This document shows positions 15,939-23,805 of a stretch of DNA of 24,000 nt, piece after piece. The notes beneath the pieces are model-generated. The model was not told the DNA's origin, did not search any database, and saw nothing but the letters and a program-made list of their open reading frames with translations. A program made the position numbers and the translations under genes. Numbering within the stretch: position 1 is the first letter of the stretch; each line of letters opens with the position of its first letter. Source of the stretch: Nitrosopumilaceae archaeon (lineage in GTDB: Archaea; Thermoproteota; Nitrososphaeria; Nitrososphaerales; Nitrosopumilaceae); contig DASYXK010000001.1 in assembly GCA_035935115.1 (NCBI GenBank), positions 1 to 24,000 of the forward strand, read 5' to 3'.

Positions 15939-16164
15939 GGTTCAAGTCTTTCTAAATAACCTCACGCAGCAAAAATCTGATTCCATACGAAAGGCCTTAA
16001 CACCTGACAACATAAACTTTCCAGAAAATCTTTCCATGAAGATTGAAAATGTTAACAATTCTCTTGTCTTTACATTTCAAGGTAAAGGAAATATACGAAC
16101 ATTAATTTCTACTATTGATGAGGTCCTTGAACATGCCCAAGTGGTACTCAGGGTGACTGGCTAA
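15922..16164 (+). CDS. pcc1: KEOPS complex subunit Pcc1-like protein
   Basis: 80 aa. The size, the alternating beta/alpha pattern (..SIRKALTPDN....MKIENVNNSLVFTFQGKGNIRTLISTIDEVLEHAQVVLRV) and the operon position fit Pcc1. It overlaps the RecJ-like gene by 17 nt. Assignment is from memory of the family. Confidence 0.55.
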   Translation: MSLECKVQVFLNNLTQQKSDSIRKALTPDNINFPENLSMKIENVNNSLVFTFQGKGNIRTLISTIDEVLEHAQVVLRVTG

Positions 16165-17426
16165 TGCTTGATCCTAAAATTTTACGAGAGAATTCTGATA
16201 AAATTAGAAAAATGCTGAGCGATAGAAATGTTGATTTTCCATTAGACGAATTGATAAAATTAGATAAGGAACGTAGAGAACTCATTATTAAAACTGATGA
16301 ATTACGCAAGAAGAGAAATGAAATTTCAATAGAGATCGCAAAAAGGAAAAAAACCAATCAAGATGCAACATCACTCATTGAACAAATGCAAAAAACATCT
16401 CAAACACTTTCAAATCTTGAAACCGTGCAGATCCAAACTGAATCAAGTTATACAAAACTAGCATTAACTATTCCTAATTTAGTTGATGAATCTGTCCCAA
16501 TCGGAAAAGATGATACTTCAAACAAAGAAATAAAAAAATGGGGAAAAGTTCCTCAGTTTGATTTTAAGGCAAAAGATCACATAGACATATCACAAAGTCT
16601 TGATCTTGTAGATTTGGAAAGAGCGGCAAAAGTAGCAGGTGCCAGATTTTATTATTTGAAAAACGATCTTGTAAAGTTAAACCATGCATTAATTCAATAT
16701 GCATTAGATTTTCTTTCTGAAAAAAACTATATTCCAATTCAAACACCTTATTTGATAAATCGCTCATCTATGGAAGGTGCAATAATAGCACATGATTTTG
16801 AAGATGTTATTTACAAAATTGAAGGTGATGATCTCTATCTAATCGGTACATCAGAACATGCAGTAGTATCAATGCACTCTGACGAAATACTAGAAGGAAA
16901 GATTTTACCACTCAGATATGCAGGGGTAAGCCCATGTTTTAGAAAAGAAGCAGGTGCACATGGAAGGGATCAAAAAGGAATTTTTCGTGTACATCAATTT
17001 GAAAAGGTTGAACAATTTATTTTTTCTAGACCAGAAGAATCTTGGAAGGAGTATGAACGAATGCTATCTAATGTTGAAGAGTTTTATCAGCAACTTGAGA
17101 TGCCATACAGAATAATGATGTTGTCAAGTGGAGATCTTGGAAAAATCTCTGCCAAAACATATGATCTTGAAGCTTGGATGGCGGGTCAGAATAGTTATCG
17201 TGAGATAGTCTCATGTTCTAACTGTTTGGATTTTCAAGCAAGAAGACTCAAGATAAGATTTCGTGATAGAACAAATGACCAACCTCAATATGTACACACA
17301 CTAAATAGCACACTTGTAGCAACAACACGAACTCTTGTTGCTTTGATGGAAAATTTCCAGACAAAGGATGGCCACATTTCCATACCAAAGGTTTTACAAA
17401 AATACGTTAACAAAAATACAATCTAA
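16164..17426 (+). CDS. serS: Seryl-tRNA synthetase
   Basis: MLDPKILRENSDKIRKML is followed by an N-terminal coiled-coil arm. Class II core motifs are present (FRKEAGAHGRDQKGIFRVHQFEKVEQF, TLNSTLVATTRTLVALMEN). The start overlaps the upstream stop (TAATG). Confidence 0.95.
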   Translation: MLDPKILRENSDKIRKMLSDRNVDFPLDELIKLDKERRELIIKTDELRKKRNEISIEIAKRKKTNQDATSLIEQMQKTSQTLSNLETVQIQTESSYTKLALTIPNLVDESVPIGKDDTSNKEIKKWGKVPQFDFKAKDHIDISQSLDLVDLERAAKVAGARFYYLKNDLVKLNHALIQYALDFLSEKNYIPIQTPYLINRSSMEGAIIAHDFEDVIYKIEGDDLYLIGTSEHAVVSMHSDEILEGKILPLRYAGVSPCFRKEAGAHGRDQKGIFRVHQFEKVEQFIFSRPEESWKEYERMLSNVEEFYQQLEMPYRIMMLSSGDLGKISAKTYDLEAWMAGQNSYREIVSCSNCLDFQARRLKIRFRDRTNDQPQYVHTLNSTLVATTRTLVALMENFQTKDGHISIPKVLQKYVNKNTI

Positions 17427-17469
17427 AAAGTCGTACAACTTATATTTTGGCTAGAAACGTCGATTATAG

Positions 17470-18084
17470 TTGGCACGTCAAAAGACAGCAAGAGTCAAGG
17501 ACAAATGGAGAGAGAAAAAATGGGTTACTGTACTTGCTCCCTCTGCGTTTAACAATGTGCCCATAGCCTACATTCCCATAACTGACGATACAAATGCCAT
17601 AGGCAGAGTGATAGAAGTTACTTTGTTTGACATAGTCAAAGGCGATCCTTCACAGCATCAATTCAAACTATATTTCCAGATAAACAAAGTAGATGGTGAA
17701 ACTGCAACAACAATTTTCAAACGATATGAATATGCAAAAGAATTTCTTAGAAGTCTTGTAAGACGTGGATCTTCTTTGATTAGTTTCATAGGCGACTATA
17801 AAACAAAAGATGGAAATGTTTTCCGCATAAAGATAATTGCTCTAACACAAAAGAAATTAAATACATCTCGCAAGCATGCACTTAGATTAATTGCAAGAGA
17901 TGTCATGTCAAAAACAATTCCTGAAATGACCATAGAGCAATTCATTCAAGCTACCGCATTTGGAAAAATAAACTCTGATATCATGGCTGCTGTTAAAAAA
18001 ATAATCCACGTACGACATGTAGGCATAGAAAAATCAAAGATAATTAGAACTGCAGAAGCTGAGATTGCATTATTGCAAGCTTAA
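17470..18084 (+). CDS. rps3ae: 30S ribosomal protein S3Ae (eS1)
   Basis: The N-terminus ARQKTARVKDKWREKKWVTVLAP is typical of eS1. It needs a TTG start at 17470 because there is no in-frame ATG for more than 140 codons. Confidence 0.9.
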   Translation: MARQKTARVKDKWREKKWVTVLAPSAFNNVPIAYIPITDDTNAIGRVIEVTLFDIVKGDPSQHQFKLYFQINKVDGETATTIFKRYEYAKEFLRSLVRRGSSLISFIGDYKTKDGNVFRIKIIALTQKKLNTSRKHALRLIARDVMSKTIPEMTIEQFIQATAFGKINSDIMAAVKKIIHVRHVGIEKSKIIRTAEAEIALLQA

Positions 18085-18116
18085 TAGATTTATTATTTAG
18101 ATAATAATCAAAAAAC

Positions 18117-18539
18117 ATGGTAAATCATACAGAGATCACTGCAGAGATCATAATACATGCAACAGAAGATAAGAAAAAAATTTTCGAACCAATGTACGAA
18201 GTATTTGAAATAAAAGAAGAAGAATTCATACAAGAAAGATTAGAGGGCCATTTTGGAAATCCTATTTTAATGGTGAGTATAAAAATAGGAAAAAAACGGG
18301 CGGAAGAATTCATTAAGAAATTAGTTTCAAAGATTTCAAAATCTCAGATGAATGAGTTTTTAGAAAATATTGAGATGTATTTTGAAGGTTCTTCTTTGTT
18401 TATACGAATAAGTAAAAAAGATCTCGTAAGAAAATCTATTAATTTACAACAAAATGATGCCTTGAAAATCAAAATTTCTACTCCTGTATATAAAAAGGGC
18501 GAACTTGTCAAAACATATTTGGAACTTTTAGGACAATGA
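18117..18539 (+). CDS. COG1931/DUF54 family predicted RNA-binding protein (the 'predicted exosome subunit' of the archaeal superoperon)
   Basis: 140 aa. It has the IHATEDKKKI and EGHFGNPI motifs I associate with PF01877. It sits immediately upstream of a Pop5-like gene, as at the start of the predicted archaeal exosome superoperon. Confidence 0.6.
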   Translation: MVNHTEITAEIIIHATEDKKKIFEPMYEVFEIKEEEFIQERLEGHFGNPILMVSIKIGKKRAEEFIKKLVSKISKSQMNEFLENIEMYFEGSSLFIRISKKDLVRKSINLQQNDALKIKISTPVYKKGELVKTYLELLGQ

Positions 18540-18745
18540 AAAAAAAGAAAAGATATCTTTTATTACAATTAGAAAAACCAATTGAATTTAAAAAATTCAC
18601 AGAAATCAAGATAATATCAAATGAAGAAAATCAAGTTGTTATTTCGTGCGAACTTGCCAAACTTTCACAAGTAGTTTTGGAATTTGAAAAAGTATGTAAG
18701 ATTATTAATGTTTCAGGAACTCTCAAAGCACTGCGCAGAGTTTAA
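18536..18745 (+). CDS. Pop5/Rpp14-like RNase P protein component, unusually short (69 aa)
   Basis: KKKRYLLLQL at the N-terminus and INVSGTLKALRRV at the C-terminus match the two most conserved Pop5 blocks (KRYI.. and VSGTIK). It has a 4-nt ATGA overlap with the DUF54 gene. Confidence 0.5.
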   Translation: MKKKKRYLLLQLEKPIEFKKFTEIKIISNEENQVVISCELAKLSQVVLEFEKVCKIINVSGTLKALRRV

Positions 18746-18779
18746 TAGTATTTCAATGACAAGATAAAAAGGGAATGAG

Positions 18780-18835
18780 GTGATATTTGCCGCTCCAGTC
18801 TGAGCAATTGCTGTGAAGAAGCCGCGACGAACCGA
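18780..18835 (+). ncRNA. Candidate C/D-box sRNA in a GC-rich island (degenerate boxes)
   Basis: Layout: GUGAUAU (18780-86), 13 nt, CUGA (18800-03), 9 nt, GUGAAGA (18813-19), 12 nt, CCGA (18832-35). The 56-nt length and the spacings fit an archaeal C/D sRNA. However, the C box has two mismatches and the D box has one, and I see no clear terminal stem. Confidence 0.3.
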
Positions 18836-18891
18836 CCCAAAAACCTGATCTATTTTCATACGGTTCTTTTAAATATAGTAGATCCTTTTTT

Positions 18892-20349
18892 TTGGCTGTG
18901 AAAACCGATTATGATATCATTGTAGCTGGTGGAGGACTAGCTGGAATGATTGCAGCACAGTCCGCTTCATTTTATTCTAAACAAAGATTATCAATTTTAA
19001 TATTGGATAGAAATCCAGAACCTACATTAGGAAAAAAAACAATAAATGGTTGGATCTGCGGAGATGCAGTCGGTAAAAATACTGTAGACTTTATGACAGA
19101 AAGAATCAAGATTGCATGGGGAAATCCAGAGATTGAATATCCTGTTAAAGGGGTAATGGCATTTTCACCAGACAGACAAACGTCTATACCTTTTGATGGT
19201 GACGGATTTATGCTAAATAGACAAGAGCTTCCCCAGCGTCAGCTTCGTGATGCAAAGAAGATGGGAATAAACATACAGCATTCTGTTGCACTAAGGAATT
19301 TGTTATATGAAAATGGTTCAGTAATAGGAGTAGAAGGAACAGATCTTACAACAAATCAACCTTACAAAAAAACTGCAAAAATTGTAATTGATGCAACCGG
19401 AGTTACCTCTATGCTACGAAATGGGCTTACAGTAAGTTCTAAGATTGAGAAAAAAATTGATCGTGATGATTTAGAATCTACCGGTAGACATATTATGAAA
19501 TTTGAGTATGGGATAGAAGACAAGACAGATTTTGATCCTGATTATTGCATAATACATCTTGATCAAGATATTGCACCTGGAGGATATGGATGGGTCTTTC
19601 CAAAAGGTAAGAACAAAGCAAACATTGGTCTTGGAGTACAACAAAAAGAACTTTTGAAACGAAATGAAAGATTGGGAAGAAAAGACGATGTTACCAAATT
19701 GATTAATGATTATGTAAAAATCAACAAGGCAATGAAAAACCCGTTATTATCTGATGATCCAAGTGACTCTAAGAACGCAACTGGAAACTGGCAGGTTTCT
19801 GTTAGAAGACAAAATGATTGTCTTGTTGCAAACGGATACATGTTAGTTGGTGACTCGGCATGGATGCCAAAACCACTAGATGCAGGAGGAATAGGGCCTG
19901 CCATAGTTGCTGCAACTTTAATTGGTAAAAATGCAGTTGATTCCATAGAAGCAGGAGATGTAAGTGAAAAAGGGTTATGGCAGTACAACATTGATTTCAT
20001 TAATGAATATGGATACAAAACTGCAGGTCTTGAAATTTTCAGAAGGTTATTACAGACTTTGACAAATGAGCAGATTAACTATGGTATGAAACACTTTTTG
20101 TCCAATTTAGATGTAGAGGCGATAAGTAAAGGCGAGCATCCTGATTTTGGTACAGTTAGTAAGCTTGGTATGATGATCCGGGGCGCTTTGAACAAAAAAC
20201 TTGCGGATGGCCTCAGATTTACTGCACAACAAAATAAAAAATTAACCGAGCATTATTACAATTTCCCAAAAACTCCTGATGGGTATGATGCATGGCATAA
20301 TACTTTGCACCATATTTTAGATGAATCGTATGCCAAGCTTGGTAATTAG
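18892..20349 (+). CDS. FAD-dependent oxidoreductase, geranylgeranyl reductase family
   Basis: YDIIVAGGGLAGMIAA (a GxGxxG FAD fold), ICGDAVGK and LVGDSAWMPKPLDAGGIGPAI match the GGR family blocks. The start is TTG at 18892 or GTG at 18898. A TTTAAATA box lies about 15-20 nt upstream. Confidence 0.8.
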   Translation: MAVKTDYDIIVAGGGLAGMIAAQSASFYSKQRLSILILDRNPEPTLGKKTINGWICGDAVGKNTVDFMTERIKIAWGNPEIEYPVKGVMAFSPDRQTSIPFDGDGFMLNRQELPQRQLRDAKKMGINIQHSVALRNLLYENGSVIGVEGTDLTTNQPYKKTAKIVIDATGVTSMLRNGLTVSSKIEKKIDRDDLESTGRHIMKFEYGIEDKTDFDPDYCIIHLDQDIAPGGYGWVFPKGKNKANIGLGVQQKELLKRNERLGRKDDVTKLINDYVKINKAMKNPLLSDDPSDSKNATGNWQVSVRRQNDCLVANGYMLVGDSAWMPKPLDAGGIGPAIVAATLIGKNAVDSIEAGDVSEKGLWQYNIDFINEYGYKTAGLEIFRRLLQTLTNEQINYGMKHFLSNLDVEAISKGEHPDFGTVSKLGMMIRGALNKKLADGLRFTAQQNKKLTEHYYNFPKTPDGYDAWHNTLHHILDESYAKLGN

Positions 20350-20485
20350 TAGATTACATAAATTTCTGTTTTAACTTTTGCTAAACTCGTCTGTGAAATT
20401 TTAACTTGTTTAGTTATGATTACACTTGGCAATATTGAACTAGAAACAAGGCAATTTTAAATTAAGGTCTTGTGTCTTCAATATC

Positions 20486-21283
20486 GTGCTAGCAGAGTCA
20501 TTATACATAGATTGGAATAATTCCTTTGAAGTCCTAAACAAGGCATATGACGCTGATCTGTTTGTTTTAATAATAGGACCAAAAGGTACTGGTAAAACTA
20601 CTCTTGTTAGAGAATTTGCTGCAAAAACAAACAGAAAGCTTGAATCAGTTAACTTTAGTTTACGAACCCGTGAAAGTCACTTGGTAGGAGCAAAAACTCT
20701 AGAAAGCGGTGCGATTGGTTTTGAGGAGGGAATATTAGTGAAATCCATGAAGGAGGGCGATATTCTTTATCTTGATGAAATTAATGCTGCAGAGGCAGAT
20801 GTCTTACTCAGATTAGATGAAGCATTAGATGACCGCAGACAGCTTGTTCTAAAGGAATCAGGGGGGGAATTAATTCAAGCAAGTAAAGGATGGTTTGTCA
20901 TAGCAACTATTAATCCATTAACACATGTTGGAACAAAAGAGTTGCCACCGCAGATTCTCAGTAGATTCCCTGTTAGAATAAGACTAGAATATCCGCCAGA
21001 AGAGATTGAACTTCAAATTGTTAAAAAATACATTTCTGGTTCACATGACAAAGAACTTTTACAAGCAATAAAACTTGCCAACATTTTAAGGCAAGCTGCT
21101 TCTGTAGAAGAACTCTACTATTCCCCAAGCCTAAGAGAAACAATAGCTTTTGGAAAAATGCTTGATGCTGGAGTAAAACCTAGACATGCTGCAGAGATCA
21201 TCTTTGCAAACATATACTCGCAGTGGGGAAATGTTGAATATCAAAAAGTCAATGACATCATTACATCCATGTTTGGTAATTAA
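20486..21283 (+). CDS. AAA+ ATPase, MoxR-class, CbbQ/NirQ/NorQ-like (AAA_5)
   Basis: 265 aa. Walker A is IIGPKGTGKTT and Walker B is ILYLDEINAAE. An ATINP sensor region is present. The size and layout match CbbQ/NorQ. GTG start, with a TTTTAAATT box about 20 nt upstream. Confidence 0.85.
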   Translation: MLAESLYIDWNNSFEVLNKAYDADLFVLIIGPKGTGKTTLVREFAAKTNRKLESVNFSLRTRESHLVGAKTLESGAIGFEEGILVKSMKEGDILYLDEINAAEADVLLRLDEALDDRRQLVLKESGGELIQASKGWFVIATINPLTHVGTKELPPQILSRFPVRIRLEYPPEEIELQIVKKYISGSHDKELLQAIKLANILRQAASVEELYYSPSLRETIAFGKMLDAGVKPRHAAEIIFANIYSQWGNVEYQKVNDIITSMFGN

Positions 21284-22848
21284 TGCAATCTCTTCATCTC
21301 AGAAATGATACTCTACTTGAAATTGCCACATTTCTTGTTAGACGGTGGTCTGAGAAACAAAAAACAACCGTAGGTATTGCAGATCAACAAGAAATTCAGA
21401 CCAAATTGAAAGAAAATAAAGTTGCCATGTTCCCTTTAGATCGTTTTTATGGTATTGATTTTCAAAAATACCGACAATTTAGAACCACTTTATGGTATGA
21501 ATCCATGAGATTAAAATACAGTAGCAAAATCCTAAGTAATGATCACGCTTTTGGTTTTCTATTAAACACGTTAGAAACAAGAAGAATTGAAAGTATAGGT
21601 AGAAGGGAATGGCGCGGAATGGATGAAGAGATCATATTCAATTATGGTTTTGCTTGGATTTACAGACCTTTATTGAATTCATTATATGGGAAATCAAGGA
21701 TCGTGGAGGGTTTCTCTCAGTATTTTTTGCTTGGCGACATAAAGGGTGAAATTACACCAAGTTCATTTGAGAAAATCAAAAAAGCTGTAGAAGTTGCAAA
21801 CGAAGCAGTAAAACAAGCCGTAAATAATAATTATAGCACGGATTGGCTTGAAGCAAAGGTTTCTGAAATAATAAAAATTTTGGAAATTGATCCGCTTCTA
21901 ACTATTCCAATATCAATCCCAAAAATCAGTTCTGGAATTGCAATATCAGACAGTGATTTTATCAAAACCATAGGCAAGATAGCCAAATTCCGTGAAAGTG
22001 ATTTTGGAGAACTTGATCCAAAACGAATTAGCGAGGGAAAATCAGTTTTTGAAGAATTCAAGGTATTGTTACAAGAAACCAAGAAAAATGAGAACAGAGG
22101 TTTGAGTACTGAATCAATCGGAATTAGAATTCCTTCTTCAACCAATGTAGATGAAACCAGAATATATGACGAGGATCTAATAAGTAATCTAAAAGCAAAG
22201 TTCAAAGAATGGAAAACAGGGTGGAAGGAACAACACGTTATCGCCGGAGATGAATTTGATGAAGAAACATACATGGAAGGGCACAAACCCTTTCTTACAG
22301 ATCAAAAGATTTCCATTAAAACAAAAATTGTTATTTTGTTAGATCATTCTTCAAGTATAGCAAACGAAGAACTTCAATACAAAAAGGCGACTCTTGCCCT
22401 TTGCGAAGTACTTTCATTTTTAAAAGTAAAATTCACTGTCTACGCTTTCAATACTGAACAAAAACAAGTGACGTGTTGGTTAGTGAAGCCAGAGAATGTC
22501 AAATGGAATAACGTCGCTGCAAAAAGACTAGCCCAAATAAAAGCAAACGGTGGAACTCCATTGGCTGAAGTTTATTCAATAATGTTTCCTGGACTACGTT
22601 CAAAAAAACCAGATATCTTCCTCACTTTGACAGACGGCGAACCATCTGATCCTGATGCAGTTCGTTCTATGGTAACCTCCTTCAAACTCTTGGGCATAAG
22701 AATGGTAGCAATAGGAGTAGGTCCTGATACTACGGCTGCAACAATAATTGCAAATAATTTAAAACATTTAGGATATGAAAGCACGTTAGCGGTAAGCAGA
22801 TTAAATGACATCCCAAATAGAGTCCTGAATGTTTTGGGGAGAAGCTAA
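21283..22848 (+). CDS. von Willebrand factor A (VWA) domain protein, NorD/CbbO-like partner of the AAA+ ATPase
   Basis: The C-terminal VWA domain has a complete MIDAS motif (LLDHSSS = DxSxS, GGTPLAE, LTDGEPSD). The 340-aa N-terminal region has no motif I recognise. The start overlaps the ATPase stop (TAATG). Confidence 0.8.
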   Translation: MQSLHLRNDTLLEIATFLVRRWSEKQKTTVGIADQQEIQTKLKENKVAMFPLDRFYGIDFQKYRQFRTTLWYESMRLKYSSKILSNDHAFGFLLNTLETRRIESIGRREWRGMDEEIIFNYGFAWIYRPLLNSLYGKSRIVEGFSQYFLLGDIKGEITPSSFEKIKKAVEVANEAVKQAVNNNYSTDWLEAKVSEIIKILEIDPLLTIPISIPKISSGIAISDSDFIKTIGKIAKFRESDFGELDPKRISEGKSVFEEFKVLLQETKKNENRGLSTESIGIRIPSSTNVDETRIYDEDLISNLKAKFKEWKTGWKEQHVIAGDEFDEETYMEGHKPFLTDQKISIKTKIVILLDHSSSIANEELQYKKATLALCEVLSFLKVKFTVYAFNTEQKQVTCWLVKPENVKWNNVAAKRLAQIKANGGTPLAEVYSIMFPGLRSKKPDIFLTLTDGEPSDPDAVRSMVTSFKLLGIRMVAIGVGPDTTAATIIANNLKHLGYESTLAVSRLNDIPNRVLNVLGRS

Positions 22849-22849
22849 T

Positions 22850-23305
22850 ATGAAATGTCTTTCAGTTTCACAACCTTATGCAGATCTCATCATCAAAGGC
22901 AAAAAAACAATTGAGCTTAGAACATGGAATACAAAATTTAGAGGAGAATTTTTAGTTCATGCCCCATCTAAAATAAAAACAGATGTTTGTAAGAAGATAG
23001 GTATTGATGAAACAAAGATTAGAACTGGAGTCATTTTAGGTAGAGTCGAAATTTTCGATGTGAAGAAATATAATTCAATTGCAGAACTCAAAAAGGATTA
23101 TAAAAAACATTTTGGAGCAGAAGAATTCTTGCGTCATAAATATGGGTTTTTACTAAGAAATCCAAAAGAACTTCGTGTACCAATACCTTACAAAGGAAGC
23201 TTAGGGTTTTTTGATATTAAATTAAAATCAACCATAAAAGAAAACGATATAAAATTTGAATTATTTGATGAAGAACACAGATATCAATGGATAGGAAGGC
23301 ATTAA
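22850..23305 (+). CDS. ASCH domain (PUA-like fold) protein
   Basis: MKCLSVSQPYADLIIKGKKTIELRTWNTKFRGEFLVHA is the canonical ASCH N-terminal block. The ATG lies 1 nt after the VWA stop. Confidence 0.8.
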   Translation: MKCLSVSQPYADLIIKGKKTIELRTWNTKFRGEFLVHAPSKIKTDVCKKIGIDETKIRTGVILGRVEIFDVKKYNSIAELKKDYKKHFGAEEFLRHKYGFLLRNPKELRVPIPYKGSLGFFDIKLKSTIKENDIKFELFDEEHRYQWIGRH

Positions 23306-23350
23306 CAAGAATCCGAAAATTGTTATAAAACATTAGAAAAATAACAAATC

Positions 23351-23731
23351 ATGCTATGGTCTTATTTTTTCTATATTTGGGGTTGTATTCCAGAAATTAC
23401 AAAAGATTGTCAAGACATGACAAATGCATCAAGTACATACCTTGGCATTGCAGGAGGAGCTATAATAGGTGCCATCGTGAGCTGGTGGATTTATAATCGA
23501 CAAAAGAAAACTGCAAAAATGCAGGATTCTGCATTAAATAGAATAAAAGAATTAGATGAAAATCATGACAGAATTTTGAAGAAATTAGAGAATTTCGACA
23601 TACGTCATGAGACTACTCTTAATACTATAGCAGAATTAAGCAAAAAGATCGATACACTTGTTGAAAAACAAGAAAAATCAGAGAATCCCATAAAGTCAGA
23701 TTCATCTAAAATTGCTAAGGATTCTAAATAA
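23351..23731 (+). CDS. Membrane-anchored coiled-coil protein (126 aa)
   Basis: One TM helix (YLGIAGGAIIGAIVSWWIY), then a charged heptad-like region. An alternative start is the ATG at 23417. Confidence 0.5.
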   Translation: MLWSYFFYIWGCIPEITKDCQDMTNASSTYLGIAGGAIIGAIVSWWIYNRQKKTAKMQDSALNRIKELDENHDRILKKLENFDIRHETTLNTIAELSKKIDTLVEKQEKSENPIKSDSSKIAKDSK

Positions 23732-23805
23732 AGATAATTTAGAACACCTGATATTAAAAATCAAATCAACCTGCGTTATTATAGAAATTGTTTATTTGTG
23801 GCTTT

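Noticed and set aside
18713-18859. 48-aa minus-strand ORF (MKIDQVFGSVRRGFFTAIAQTGAAN...) spanning the GC-rich island.
   Set aside because: The only TATA-like element upstream is about 6 nt from its ATG, which is too close. The ORF also overlaps the Pop5-like gene's 3' end. I keep it only as an alternative explanation for the island.
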